A DNA stretch of 63,413 nt, the filler included, from Octopus bimaculoides (lineage: Eukaryota): the NCBI RefSeq assembly GCF_001194135.2. It is 6 parts of 6 records of this genome, joined end to end, with 100 filler letters (N's around TTAATTAATTAA, not from the genome) between each part and the next. Parts side by side here need not be neighbours in the genome. Positions count along the whole stretch, not along the records: positions 15,103 to 43,185 come from NC_069001.1; 5 more parts are not named here. The stretch is one strand, 5' to 3'. The notes below the pieces were generated by a model. That model searched no databases. It worked only from the letters and a program-made list of their open reading frames with translations, and had not been told where the DNA came from. The translations under genes were made by a program, and so were the position numbers. The first letter of the stretch is position 1. Every line of letters begins with the position of its first letter. Of this stretch, positions 22,855 through 36,435 are shown piece after piece.

Positions 22855-23534
22855 TATATGTATATATATATATATNNNNNNNNNNNNNNNNNNNNNNNNN
22901 NNNNNNNNNNNNNNNNNNNNNNNNNNNNNNNNNNNNNNNNNNNNNNNNNNNNNNNNNNNNNNNNNNNNNNNNNNNNNNNNNNNNNNNNNNNNNNNNNNNN
23001 NNNNNNNNNNNNNNNNNNNNNNNNNNNNNNNNNNNNNNNNNNNNNNNNNNNNNNNNNNNNNNNNNNNNNNNNNNNNNNNNNNNNNNNNNNNNNNNNNNNN
23101 NNNNNNNNNNNNNNNNNNNNNNNNNNNNNNNNNNNNNNNNNNNNNNNNNNNNNNNNNNNNNNNNNNNNNNNNNNNNNNNNNNNNNNNNNNNNNNNNNNNN
23201 NNNNNNNNNNNNNNNNNNNNNNNNNNNNNNNNNNNNNNNNNNNNNNNNNNNNNNNNNNNNNNNNNNNNNNNNNNNNNNNNNNNNNNNNNNNNNNNNNNNN
23301 NNNNNNNNNNNNNNNNNNNNNNNNNNNNNNNNNNNNNNNNNNNNNNNNNNNNNNNNNNNNNNNNNNNNNNNNNNNNNNNNNNNNNNNNNNNNNNNNNNNN
23401 NNNNNNNNNNNNNNNNNNNNNNNNNNNNNNNNNNNNNNNNNNNNNNNNNNNNNNNNNNNNNNNNNNNNNNNNNNNNNNNNNNNNNNNNNNNNNNNNNNNN
23501 NNNNNNNNNNNNNNNNNATATATATATATATATA

Positions 23535-23640
23535 CAGGGTGTCCATAAAGTCTTTTTACAATTTCAAAAATGTATTACCAAGGCAATTGATGGGATATGT
23601 TTATCAGATTTGTTCTATGAACCCAGTGGTTATGAAAGTT
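23535..23640 (+). mobile_element. Tc1/mariner terminal fragment
   Basis: TA|CAGGGTGTCCATAAAGTC, a mariner-type TIR start inside a TA microsatellite. Confidence 0.55.
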
Positions 23641-24059
23641 TTTAACCACATTGCATCTGTGTTTTTCAGGTACCCCAAGATTTCAGAAATGATTATTATT
23701 ATTATTATCATTGTTGTTGTTTGTGAAAAGATGGGCGACCGTGGTTAAGGTGAATGTCTCCACTCCAAGCATGCGCCTGTAGATTGGAGATCAACAGATG
23801 AGCGAGGGCACGTAACATTGGTGGTCAGGGTAACCCTGGATCTGTGGGGTTCTTGGAATGGTTCTAGTTAGAGTCTCTTCGCTCTCAGCATGACTACATC
23901 TTTCATGCTATTACATACATTGTATATTCTGATTACTTTTATTGAGTTTTACCCGTCTTTTCCATCTCTTTCTCCTCATCTTTTATGTAAACCCTCACGC
24001 AAATTGTCGACTCTCTTTGTAATGTTCACCTCATCTATGCCGCTGTGGCTAATGAAAAG

Positions 24060-24091
<32 letters not shown>

Positions 24092-26008
24092 TTTCCGTAG
24101 AGGTCGATGAAATAAGTACCAGTCAAGCACCAGCCCCCTCCCTCAAATTTTCAGATCTTGTGCCTATAATAGAAAGTGTTCTTATTCTTATTGTTATTGT
24201 TAAATGTATCCAATTTAAGCACAAGGCCAGTTATTTTGGAAAGAACGGGCTAATCGATATCATTGCCCCACAGTGCGTGACTGATAGTTTATTTTATCGA
24301 CGTCATTGATATAAAATGCAAAGACTACCCCACGCAGGATTTGAACTCAGAGCACAAAGGTGCGAAAAAAATGTTACAAAGTTTATTTGCTCAGGTGAAT
24401 GCTTGCCGCCAACACAGATGTTTGCTGAGAATGTGCTTGTTTTTTGTTTTTGTTCTTTTTCGAGAATCACAGATTGAAATTTGTATTTTCTTTTCTTAGT
24501 TTCTTTTACCAACAGTAAAATGATTTCGAGACATTTAAACATCCGACTCATTTCCCGGAGTGACAAAAATATCCTCTAAACCTTGTTGCTGTGTTTATAT
24601 TACGGAGCGGCAACCGTTTGTTGTGTTCATTTGTGGTTGCAGTGGCAAGAGATGCTAGCAATAGTGTTGCTGCTAGTCTCAATATTTAAACTACACAGCC
24701 CAAACTTTTGCAAATATTAAGACAGACTTCAAAAACATATGACAATCAAACAAACATGGTTTTAAAAATACAGAGAGTTAATTTTAAAATCTAAAATCTG
24801 GAAGAAATGCAACTTAAGCAAAAACGGAAGCAAAAAATAGCAACAACAATTATCTTTTGCTAGCAATGGAGGTGAAAGTGAGGTGAGGGATATGAACCAA
24901 CGTCAAGGAAAGGATATCTTCTGCACATAGCAATAAATAAAGGAATGTAGGACACATTGGTAGTAACTATCAAATCTTGAAGCACGTTATTTCATTGTGT
25001 TTTTGAATATTTTTGCAATATATTCTCAAGATCCTTTCTTTTTTCGGTAGTTTGTATATTTCGACATGTGAAACTCAGAGTAACGCATCGAAAACTTACA
25101 TCTTCTGATAATATATCACTCACATTTAAATCTTGAGATAGTCTCTTACATAAAAGGACACTTAGTTAAAAATATCCTGGTTCCGGCGGAAAAATTCTCA
25201 AATAGAAAATAAACACCAAAATATTCTTTGAATATTTTTTTGTATGAGATTTATTTCTGTCGCTTTCTCTTCCTTTGCTTCTCTTTTGCCTTCCTCTCAC
25301 TCTCTTTCTCTCTCTTTCCCTCCCTAATACTTTACTTCTTCCTTCGTTCTGACTTTCTATCTATCCTTCTCTAATCTTCATTCCTACACGACATTTTCAT
25401 TTTCCCTTGCGTTACCCCATGTCAGTGTCTTGCGGCCGCACAGCTGTTTTTCTTGTATATGTATGTTTTATTTTGTTGTTTCTTTTCGTCATTGTCCTGT
25501 ACATTCGTTAGTTATTACCAGTGTCTTTTTGCCACTGGTACCACCAAGGGGGAACAATATCAACATTAAAGGCGCAAAATTGTAATGATCTTCTGAACGT
25601 TGATTGATGACGAATAAGCGACAAATTTTCTGTTTCTGTTTTCGTAATATTTCCGTTTGTTGCATTTTTGTTAGACTTTTGATATATACATATACCTATT
25701 TACATAAACACTCACACAAATGTACATATGTATATTATGTACACACATATAACATGTATTATGTACACACATGTACGCATATATATTCATACGCATACAC
25801 ACATGCATATATACGCATATATAGATATATACACGTGTATACATATTTACATGTACATATATACATATATATGGGTGTATACAGACGCATATAATACGCA
25901 CACAAATACATATATACCATGTACATACATAAGTCTGTGTATACACGTGTTTTTTGTGCGTGCGTGTTTCTCTACTTATACCTAAAGGTGTAAACTTCGA
26001 CAAGCGTG

Positions 26009-26069
<61 letters not shown>

Positions 26070-27050
26070 NNNNNNNNNNNNNNNNNNNNNNNNNNNNNNN
26101 NNNNNNNNNNNNNNNNNNNNNNNNNNNNNNNNNNNNNNNNNNNNNNNNNNNNNNNNNNNNNNNNNNNNNNNNNNNNNNNNNNNNNNNNNNNNNNNNNNNN
26201 NNNNNNNNNNNNNNNNNNNNNNNNNNNNNNNNNNNNNNNNNNNNNNNNNNNNNNNNNNNNNNNNNNNNNNNNNNNNNNNNNNNNNNNNNNNNNNNNNNNN
26301 NNNNNNNNNNNNNNNNNNNNNNNNNNNNNNNNNNNNNNNNNNNNNNNNNNNNNNNNNNNNNNNNNNNNNNNNNNNNNNNNNNNNNNNNNNNNNNNNNNNN
26401 NNNNNNNNNNNNNNNNNNNNNNNNNNNNNNNNNNNNNNNNNNNNNNNNNNNNNNNNNNNNNNNNNNNNNNNNNNNNNNNNNNNNNNNNNNNNNNNNNNNN
26501 NNNNNNNNNNNNNNNNNNNNNNNNNNNNNNNNNNNNNNNNNNNNNNNNNNNNNNNNNNNNNNNNNNNNNNNNNNNNNNNNNNNNNNNNNNNNNNNNNNNN
26601 NNNNNNNNNNNNNNNNNNNNNNNNNNNNNNNNNNNNNNNNNNNNNNNNNNNNNNNNNNNNNNNNNNNNNNNNNNNNNNNNNNNNNNNNNNNNNNNNNNNN
26701 NNNNNNNNNNNNNNNNNNNNNNNNNNNNNNNNNNNNNNNNNNNNNNNNNNNNNNNNNNNNNNNNNNNNNNNNNNNNNNNNNNNNNNNNNNNNNNNNNNNN
26801 NNNNNNNNNNNNNNNNNNNNNNNNNNNNNNNNNNNNNNNNNNNNNNNNNNNNNNNNNNNNNNNNNNNNNNNNNNNNNNNNNNNNNNNNNNNNNNNNNNNN
26901 NNNNNNNNNNNNNNNNNNNNNNNNNNNNNNNNNNNNNNNNNNNNNNNNNNNNNNNNNNNNNNNNNNNNNNNNNNNNNNNNNNNNNNNNNNNNNNNNNNNN
27001 NNNNNNNNNNNNNNNNNNNNNNNNNNNNNNNNNNNNNNNNNNNNNNNNNN

Positions 27051-27132
<82 letters not shown>

Positions 27133-27639
27133 TACATATATATGAATGCATATATATGAATACAAAAAAGGGACAGGAAAAAACAAGGACAGGTCATTAG
27201 GAGTTTTCTCTCCTCAGTCGAGTTCCAGATTATCTTTGCAATTTCGGCAGGTTATATTCGAGACTGCTCCAATCTGGCTAGCCCCAAGGAAAAACTAAGC
27301 TAAGGGCAGTAGATTCTTTAGAAGAAAGCAGCGAATGTATATGAAAACAAGGACGAAAAAAACCCGGAGAAATGGTACACGAATACAAATGCAAATAACA
27401 TGACATTAACAACAGGTGTCTTTCGACTAAGGACGAATTAAATGAAGCTGGTGTGTGTGGAAGTGAAGCCTTACGGCAGCGACATAGGAGATTGCAGGCA
27501 TGGGGAGGAATATAGATGTTGCACGGATGGTAGTCGAACCAAGAAAGAAAGGACAGGCTTGGCCGAACACCCGTCACATGGAGAGAGAGAACAGAGGTAA
27601 AAGCAGAGGCATAGAAGAATTAGGAAGGAATGAGAAAAA

Positions 27640-28627
27640 AGAATTCATATTTTTTCCGTCCAAATGATTTTGAACACTGTGGAATAAATGATAAACAGTT
27701 GAGTCAATGTCCGGCGAATATGGTGGGTGAGGAATCGTTCCCCATTCAAACTGCTCCAGTCTTTCGAATGCTATCTTGATGGAAGAACACCTTTCGTCTT
27801 GAAACCAAAGATGGTCGTTTTTCTTCTAGCGCTGACTAAATGAAGCCGCTCAAGCTGCTCGTAGCAGATAACCTTTGCACCCGTTTGGTTTGGGTTTAAA
27901 AGTTCAAAGTGGACTAAACCTTTCATAACCCGCAAAACAGATAACAACACCTTAAGTGGGTGAAGACCTTCTTTAGTCTGGAGTGTTTCTCTTCGCTTTA
28001 CCCACTGTCTTCGGTGCTTGATATTTTTATAGAGAACGCATTTCTCGTCACCAGTCACTATTCGGACCAAAAATGTTCATTCGTGATACGTGACAGCAAA
28101 GAAGAGCACATTCACTCTCTGCGCGATTAGACTCGGAAAGTTTGTGAGAAACCCATTGAGACAATTTGCTGACTTTTCTGATGACACGCAGGTATCGATG
28201 AATGGTTGAATGACCAAATCTAAGCTTCTCTGCTATTTCCTCAACAGTTACGATGGGCTTTTGTTCCATCAGGGTTTGCAAGACGTCCCCGTCGAGCTCT
28301 ATACACCTTCTAGGACGAAAGTCGTCTTCTAGGCTGTAGTTTCCGACTCGGAATTTCTGGAACCACCCCATATACTGCATTAATATTCCTCGCATTTTCT
28401 GTTGCATTGCTGCCTTTATTGAACTCATAAAGCAAAATATGCCGAATATGCTCCTTAGTCACTTCCATTATAGCTTCGAAAAAATAACTGCTCTCTTCAC
28501 AATTTGCACTAAGAATACAGAACAAGGTAAAATTACTACCCGCTTTTATATCAAGTGGATGCGGATAGTTTATCCCGTCCCCCTCCCATGCAATTGAAAA
28601 AACCGCATTATTTATGGCATGACCCAA
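27640..28627 (-). mobile_element. Decayed mariner (DD34D) element
   Basis: TIR TA|TTGGGTCATGCCATAAATAATGCGG. Fragments MEVTKEHIRHILLYEFNKG, WFQKFRVGNYSLEDD.R..R, IVTGDEKCVLYKN, HFELL, and HPPYSPDI...YHLF, with frameshifts and deletions. Confidence 0.9.
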
Positions 28628-29545
28628 TATATATGTATATGAGAGAGAGAGAGAGAGAAAGAGAAAGAAAGAGACAGACAGACAGATAGACAGAGATACG
28701 CACACACATACACANNNNNNNNNNNNNNNNNNNNNNNNNNNNNNNNNNNNNNNNNNNNNNNNNNNNNNNNNNNNNNNNNNNNNNNNNNNNNNNNNNNNNN
28801 NNNNNNNNNNNNNNNNNNNNNNNNNNNNNNNNNNNNNNNNNNNNNNNNNNNNNNNNNNNNNNNNNNNNNNNNNNNNNNNNNNNNNNNNNNNNNNNNNNNN
28901 NNNNNNNNNNNNNNNNNNNNNNNNNNNNNNNNNNNNNNNNNNNNNNNNNNNNNNNNNNNNNNNNNNNNNNNNNNNNNNNNNNNNNNNNNNNNNNNNNNNN
29001 NNNNNNNNNNNNNNNNNNNNNNNNNNNNNNNNNNNNNNNNNNNNNNNNNNNNNNNNNNNNNNNNNNNNNNNNNNNNNNNNNNNNNNNNNNNNNNNNNNNN
29101 NNNNNNNNNNNNNNNNNNNNNNNNNNNNNNNNNNNNNNNNNNNNNNNNNNNNNNNNNNNNNNNNNNNNNNNNNNNNNNNNNNNNNNNNNNNNNNNNNNNN
29201 NNNNNNNNNNNNNNNNNNNNNNNNNNNNNNNNNNNNNNNNNNNNNNNNNNNNNNNNNNNNNNNNNNNNNNNNNNNNNNNNNNNNNNNNNNNNNNNNNNNN
29301 NNNNNNNNNNNNNNNNNNNNNNNNNNNNNNNNNNNNNNNNNNNNNNNNNNNNNNNNNNNNNNNNNNNNNNNNNNNNNNNNNNNNNNNNNNNNNNNNNNNN
29401 NNNNNNNNNNNNNNNNNNNNNNNNNNNNNNNNNNNNNNNNNNNNNNNNNNNNNNNNNNNNNNNNNNNNNNNNNNNNNNNNNNNNNNNNNNNNNNNNNNNN
29501 NNNNNNNNNNNNNNNNNNNNNNNNNNNNNNNNNNNNNNNNNNNNN

Positions 29546-29596
<51 letters not shown>

Positions 29597-29619
29597 CGTG
29601 CGTGTATTTGATATCACTC

Positions 29620-30250
29620 GTCGCTTCGACGAATGGAGGCACACCAGGATACAGTTGCACAGTATTCTCAATGTGATGCTTTGCTGTATTTTCTCATGTG
29701 AGAAATCAGACTTATCTGGTATTTGCAGATCCTGTTGCAAACGTTGTTATGGCAGTTACCACCAATCCAGGTTGGATTAGACCACGCTGAACACTGGTCT
29801 CCTGTCTCTTTCATAGTGGTGATCCTTGCTGCCTCAAACTACGAGATGGTTTAATAGCAAGAATTTCTCCACCAAGTTCTAGTCAGCGCTACCAATTCCT
29901 ATGTCATTAGATTTATCATTCAGATTTTTAACCAAGTCTTTTGAGTGCCCTTAAAACGGAGCAATTGGAGGCCTTGACGCCTGGCACCAAAACTAAGCTG
30001 ACCATAAAAGACGGGTTAACTATAATGCGTTTATATTTGTATCTTACTGGTATGAGTGACGTGTTGTTTCTCTGATCATATGTTTTAACCGGAAACCTCA
30101 AACGGTCGGTGTTATGACAATGTACCTGTCTGCTCCACTTTCTGCTACCGCCTGAAGGGTGAGAGCTATGTTAGGTGAACCGTGTACCGTTGACTGAAGA
30201 TATACCAGCGACCCAAATCCATGCAAGTATTTAACTGCACAAATGGCAAT
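29620..30250 (-). mobile_element. RTE (BovB-like) LINE 3' end
   Basis: Minus-strand fragments GARRQGLQLLRFKGTQK (cf. GKRSQGGQKKRFKDTLK), ELVALTRTWWR...FE, and the C2H2-like end CNRICKYQISLISHMRK. Confidence 0.65.
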
Positions 30251-30320
30251 GATCATTTACTATTACAGTCTATGTGACGGTAATAATGTAAGTGTAGTTC
30301 ATTTCTCAGGCAAAAATTAG

Positions 30321-30357
<37 letters not shown>

Positions 30358-30720
30358 CTGAAGACATAAAGAAGCTTGTGGGTCCATAGCTACATATTGG
30401 TGCTGGAAAATAGCAGCTGAATCGCCCTGAAATCACAATATATCATTTTAAAAGGACGGACATATAAGGGGTAACGTGACCTTTGTTGTATATAAAAAAG
30501 ACTCGATAGCATGAATGTTTGAGATGGTAGGTTTGTTTGACCAACTGAAGGACCTGGAGTTAAACAACACAACTTGTTTCAAATTGGTCTCAATCGTTAA
30601 AAACCTGTTCGGCTTCATGTGTGAAATGAGGCATACGCTGTCAAAATATGTGATATTTAGTCTTTTTTTTAAATCAGTAAATATGAAAAAATCAAAGGAA
30701 AATTTTCCGACATCGGACGA

Positions 30721-30850
30721 TTTTATGACACACCTGTATTTTATGACACACCTGTATTTTATAACACACCTGTATTTTGTGACATATCTGCATTTGTGAT
30801 ACACCAGTCCCTTTTGTTAACCTCAGTATTTTTGTGATACACTTATTTTG
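30721..30850. repeat. 18-bp tandem repeat (about 4-6 decaying units)
   Basis: (TTTATGACACACCTGTAT)n, visible in the ORF track as MTHLYF-MTHLYF-ITHLYF-VTYLHL. Confidence 0.8.
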
Positions 30851-31354
30851 AGAGTTATCTGTATTTTATAATTAAACCTTGGGAGGGGCATTATGCCGGT
30901 AATAAACACACGCACTGGTTCAGTCCTTTATTAATTTATATAGTTTTTTGTTGAATTATTTCATTGCACTCTTGCAATCTCTTCAGTAACTTGTCTCTCC
31001 ACTTCCATTTATTTTGAATGTATGATCTGGCGTTGTTTATAACATCTCTGCATAATATCAAGATACAGTAAGATGACTTGAAATACAAGTTGAATAGCAC
31101 AGCTGTGCGTGAGTCATGGACTTGTTAAATTTAATAACTAAACTCTCTTACAAGTCTCACGTGATAGTCTTTAAAAAAGAAACATGACATAATGGAGTCC
31201 AAGGTCGATGAAGATCAAATGTAAAAGATTACTGGTATACTTCGTATGGAATATTAAAAAAAAGAAACTTTAAAATTTACAATAAATCTATAAGTTTACC
31301 TTGAGTAGAACAAAATTTTGAAGGACAGCGTTTCTCCGACCGGTGTGATAGCGG

Positions 31355-31495
31355 TTTCAAATTTTAACACAGGGTCAGCAATTTAGGGGGAGGGTTTGAG
31401 TCGATTACATTGACCCCATTGTTCAACTGGTACTTATTTTATCGACCCCGAAAGGATGAAAGGCAAAGTGGACCTCAGTGGGATTTGAACGATTA
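31355..31495 (-). mobile_element. Family A SINE (5'-truncated)
   Basis: ttcaactggtacttattttatcgaccccgaaaggatgaaaggcaaagtggacctc. Confidence 0.85.
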
Positions 31496-31539
31496 GCAGG
31501 GATTTTCTCGTGTCAAATCATATTTTAACTCTTTTCTTT

Positions 31540-31975
31540 TATTTGTTTCAGTCATTTTAACTGCGGCCATGCTGGGGCACGACCTCGAAGAATTTTTAGT
31601 CGAATGAATCAACCCCTGTACTTATTTTTTGTTAAGCCTGTTACTTATTCTATCGGTCTCTTCTTCAAACCGCTAAGTTACGAGTACGTAAGCACACCAG
31701 AATCCGGTTGTCAAGCGGCGGNNNNNNNNNNNNNNNNNNNNNNNNNNNNNNNNNNNNNNNNNNNNNNNNNNNNNNNNNNNNNNNNNNNNNNNNNNNNNNN
31801 NNNNNNNNNNNNNNNNNNNNNNNNNNNNATATATATATATATATATATATATATACACGACGGGTTTGGTTGGCCGAAGCTAAAGTAGAAGACACTCGCC
31901 CAAGGCATCACGCAGTGGAACTGAACCCGGAACTATGAGGTTGGGAAGTAGACTTCTTACAACACAGCCACACAC
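31540..31975 (-). mobile_element. Family B SINE spanning an N gap
   Basis: Reverse complement of the family B 3' half (31540-31721) and 5' half (31855-31975). Confidence 0.8.
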
Positions 31976-32394
31976 TTGTCCAAAGCATTTTCATAAGTTT
32001 GTCCTAAACATTTATGACTCTTTTCAGACTTTTAGTTCGTCCCATTTTTCATACATTCTGAAATTTTGAAAGGCTTTTTCATACAATTCGGAAATATTCA
32101 AAGGTCTTGAAAAAGGAACAATGAAGTATCGTATTAACAAGCGATCGGCGAATCGTTGTGGAAATAATAAGCGAATACTGTATCGTTGTAGTAATTCCAC
32201 ATCGTATAACTATTAAGACAACACAGAGAGAATTCGAGGTTTTGTCACGATATATCAAAGATAGTGAAGTATTTGATTTATTAAAGAGAAATTACTCAAC
32301 ATTTGTATTCTTAGAATCTTTGCCATTCTCTGTTTAAAGAGCAACTTGCTTGCTTGTTGTTTTCGAGTAAATATTGGTTAAATATAATAATTTC

Positions 32395-32600
32395 TACTAT
32401 AGGCACACAGCCTGAAATTTTGGGTTGGGAACTGGCCGATTAAAATTTGTCTCAGTGCGCAACTGGAATTTATTTTATTGACCGCAGAAGGATGAAAGAC
32501 AAGATCGACTTCGGCGGAATTTGAACCTCAGATCGTGAAGACGAACGAACTGCTGCTATGCATTTTGTCCAGCGTGCTAACGATTCTGCCAGCTCGCTGT
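32395..32600 (-). mobile_element. Family A SINE
   Basis: aggatgaaagacaagatcgacttcggcggaatttgaacc...gctaacgattctgccagctcgc. Confidence 0.85.
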
Positions 32601-33470
32601 CTTTTATATTGATTAAATATATTAATTACTTTCTGCCCTTCAAATTTCTTTTTTGCTCTAAATCAAATCTGACGTTTTATGCAGTCAATTAAAAAAAAAA
32701 AAAACTTTAAACAATGTTTGGTCGTAGACGAACAATGTTTGAATAAAAAAAAGCGGGCTGATCACTACTGGAGCGCCTTTGAATACAGAACGGATAGATG
32801 GAGGTTAACCGATCAATAAACAACATTCCGCCGATCTAAAACATGTTTTCCGGTTCTATTTCTAGCTGGTATTTTCTTTCCAGCACACCACCAAGTTACA
32901 CGTGTGTGTGTGTGTGTGTGTGCGCGCTCACCACAACTGAATTTACGTCAGTTTCGCTATAACGTTAGCTTGTAATTTGTCTAAGTCGTCCGTGTCTTCA
33001 CTGCTGCGCCACCCTTGCATTTACGACCAATAAACGCCAAGATAAGGTGAACACATACACACGCACACACAGATGCGAACATGATCTTTTCAATTAAAAG
33101 TATTCATTCACACATTATCTTTTGTTTCCAACTGACACCTGTTGTAACACCTCAACAAATCACTTAGTATAAACTAGTAACTGGCTATTTACGAATAAAA
33201 GTTATTTAGCCACTCCACGTGAGAGTTTGTGAAGAAATAATGATTGTAAACAGTGTTATTTCTTATGTAAAATTGTTTACTGTGCTTGCAGTATTTCAAC
33301 ATTTAAAAACGAAGTTTTAATGTAATAAAAACGATTTAAAAAACTCAACTCACGTCAAATAAGAGGAAATTATTAAAGCCAAGTGCTCCTAAAATCACAT
33401 TGAATCCAAACTTTCGGAGAAAGAAATGAAAGTTATTCGCCGTATGGAAGATAGTCAAAAAAGTTTGGCG

Positions 33471-34569
33471 CAGTGATTCCCAACGTGGGCCATACGCCCC
33501 ACCAGTGGAACCTGAGAAAATTGTGGTGCGTTGTGGGATCCATTGGAGGCGCAATGGCCCAGTGGTTAGGGCAGCGGTCATAGGATCGCGGTTTCGATTC
33601 CCAGACCGGGCGTTGTGAGTGTTTATTGAGCGAAAACACCTAAAGCTCCACGAGACTCCGGCAGGGGATGGTGGCGAACCCTGCTGTACTCTTTCACCAC
33701 AACTTTCTCTCACTCTTACTTCCTGTTTCTGTTGTGTCTGTAATTCAAAGGGTCAGCCTTGTCACACACTGTGCCACGCTGAATATCCCCNNNNNNNNNN
33801 CCCAGACCGGGCGTTGTGAGTGTTTATTGAGCGAAAACACCTAAAGCTCCACGAGACTCCGGCAGGGGATGGTGGCGAACCCTGCTGTACTCTTTCACCA
33901 CAACTTTCTCTCACTCTTACTTCCTGTTTCCGTTGTGTCTGTAATTCAAAGGGTCAGCCTTGTCACACACTGTGCCACGCTGAATATCCCCCGAGAACTA
34001 CGTTAAGGGTACACGTGTCTGTGGAGTGCTCAGCCACTTGCACGTTAATTTCACGAGCAGTCTGTTCCGTTGATCGGATCAACTGGAACCCTCGACGTCG
34101 TAATTTAATGTAAAAGAATCAGTGAATACTTTGTTGAAAATGAATGGTGCCAAGATGTGATGAAGATGACAGGAAATACCCTAGCAGTGCCATTTCAGCA
34201 AAGCATCTTTTGATTCCTTTCCCCGCGTCTTATTTGGTTCAGTGTGGCTTTAGTGTTGTTGACGATTTGCTTCGAGCGAAGAGAAGCAGACTCGAAATTA
34301 GAAAATGTGGTGATTTACGACTGAAGCTATCAAAATATCTCTTGAAATCAAGGAAATCTGCCCTAGTCGCCAGGCACAAGGTTCTCATTGACTTTAAAAA
34401 GTTAATAATCTACATTTTTTGTACCGAATACTTATTAATTTTTTGTATTAAATAATTGTGATAAAATATTTTAAAAAAAGTTGTTCCTTTTTTTCCAACC
34501 ATCGGTGGGGCATACATTTTTCTGGAAAGTTATATTGGGGACTCGGGAACAATTGGTTGGAAAACACTG
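33471..34569 (+). mobile_element. Internally deleted hAT (Charlie/Buster-like) element
   Basis: TIRs CAGTGATTCCCAAC (33471) and GTTGGAAAACACTG (ending 34569). Degenerate 8-bp TSD gtttggcg/gtttagta. C-terminal dimerisation domain LLIPFPASYLVQCGFSVV..LLRAKRSRL...GDLRLKLS...RQAQGSH*. Confidence 0.8.
33545..34102 (+). mobile_element. tRNA-derived SINE (family D) inside the hAT element; partly duplicated across a 10-N gap
   Basis: ggaggcgcaatggcccagtggttagggcagcgg (A box) ... ggtttcgattcccag (B box), with 3' end gatcggatcaactggaaccctcgacgtcgta. Confidence 0.85.
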
Positions 34570-34732
34570 GTTTAGTATATGTAGGGCTGTGAATTTACTT
34601 TCGTTGGTTATAACGATGATTATAATGAATGTAGAAGAATTAAACGGTAATTGTCACAATGTACCAGAGGAATTGCAATGCAAGAGAATTATTCTCTTGG
34701 TGAAGTGGAGGACCAAATGAAGAAGATAGTGG

Positions 34733-34870
34733 TTTCAAATTTTAGCACAAGGCCAGCAAGTTCAAGGGAGGATGTAAGTCGATTACATCGATCCAGTACT
34801 CAGCTGGTACTTAAATGCCGTTGAGAATTTTACCCGGTGTGCCAATGATCCTGCCAGCTCACCGCCTTAA
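34733..34870 (-). mobile_element. Family A SINE with internal deletion
   Basis: tttcaaattttagcacaaggccagc...gatcctgccagctcaccgcc. Confidence 0.8.
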
Positions 34871-35069
34871 AGAATGGGCTACGTTTTGTGTGGAAAATTT
34901 TGATTAAGAAATAAAACAGACTTTTCCACTGAGTTGAGATGTTGAACGAGATTGATGCCGAGACGTTGTGTAAGTTATATGAAAGATTTTTAGATTCGAA
35001 TCATTTGCTTTTTACGTATATGGATTTATTTTGTAAGATTCCTGGTGTGAAATCTTGTGCTGAAACATA

Positions 35070-35393
35070 TATTGTTATACTTAGGGATGGTCATATTTTT
35101 GGCAAATAACCACACAGACTCTGTACGTGTTCTTCACTTCAGCTTTATTATTGTTTTTATTTTAGTGCCATTTGTCTGAAATCTTTCGTCACACATCCTG
35201 CGACTCTCCATCTCACGTGTCTCCATGTCTCCTCCTGTCCCGTTTAGTCCATTGTGTCTTTCTATGACAAAAGATTTCAGACAAAGGTCACTAAAATAAG
35301 AACAATAATATAGTTGAAGTGAAGGACGAGTATATAGCACGCGTGGTCATTTGGCAAAAAGAGAGAGAAACAACCATCCTGAAATATAACAAC
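35070..35393. mobile_element. Fold-back element/MITE with ~125-bp imperfect inverted arms
   Basis: 35132-35191 versus the reverse complement of 35265-35324 is about 90% identical by eye. Pairing extends outwards to about 35070/35393. The spacer is ~73 nt and pyrimidine-rich. Confidence 0.8.
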
Positions 35394-35671
35394 AGTTGAT
35401 TTTTATTATTGTACCAATTCAGGTAGAATGGCCTCAAGTGATCAAAGGAAGCCCAAATATTTCCACGTTGGAATAGGTTCAAAGTGTGTTTTAAATTCTC
35501 ATCCTTCTAACTATGTACATTTGACCACATGGATATGTTCTGCACCCACGAAATTTTCAGTTAGGTGAAGATGGTATATATTTTCTTCTCGTCTTCACAC
35601 CTCAGTCTGAGGACGAGGGGTAAACAGGTAAAAGGAATTTCAATGTCAATGTAAAACATTTCCTCTGTACG

Positions 35672-35712
<41 letters not shown>

Positions 35713-35769
35713 GAATTAGAAATAGAGAATATTTGGTACAGTATTATTTATTTCAAAAAAGGAAGAGGT

Positions 35770-35930
35770 GATGGTGTGTTTACATCCCCGTAAGTTAGCG
35801 GTTCGGCAAAGAGACAGATAAAATTAATACTAGGCTTTAAAAAAGTTCTAACGTAGATTTGTTTGACTAAAAATCCTTCAAGACGATACCCCAGCATGGC
35901 CGTGGTCACGTGACTATAACCAGTAAAAGA
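35770..35930 (+). mobile_element. Family B SINE 3' half
   Basis: ggtgtgtttacatccccgtaagttagcggttcggcaaagag...cccagcatggccg...gtaaaagattata. Confidence 0.75.
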
Positions 35931-36398
35931 TTATATATATAATTTGTACATAATGCATATAGTGTGTTAGATAATATCTCGTTACTATGTTAAGCGACGG
36001 AGGTTTACTGTGGGGAAACCTCAATTTAACGATGCAATAACGAAGGGAGAAACCATTGTTATTTTGACAGCAGGAACTGTTGTTACAACTGCAATGTAAC
36101 AACCATTTCTGACTTTTACTGTGTCATTAAAGAAGAGCGAACAAACCACTACAGCTGAGGAATACTCCAGCTGTAATAATAGTTTAGACATCTTTCCCTT
36201 GTTAAATATACCCAATATNNNNNNNNNNNNNNNNNNNNNNNNNNNNNNNNNNNNNNNNNNNNNNNNNNNNNNNNNNNNNNNNNNNNNNNNNNNNNNNNNN
36301 NNNNNNNNNNNNNNNNNNNNNNNNNNNNNTATATATATATATATACATACACAAAGTTACTCACATATATTTATACATACACATACACACATACACGC

Positions 36399-36435
<37 letters not shown>

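Larger units (their letters stand above)
33380..34650 (+). mobile_element. Tigger/pogo-like N-terminal HTH relic split by the hAT insertion
   Basis: The left flank encodes EMKVIRRMEDSQK and the right flank FSICRAVNLLSLVITMIIMNVEEL. Together they resemble the Tigger HTH-psq region (LEMKL.VIRR.E.G.....I.R.LGL..STI.TI.KN). Confidence 0.45.

Noticed and set aside
33601-33990. 190-bp tandem duplication inside the SINE, giving two near-identical ORFs
   Set aside because: The copies are separated by 10 N, so this is a contig-overlap or haplotype artefact.
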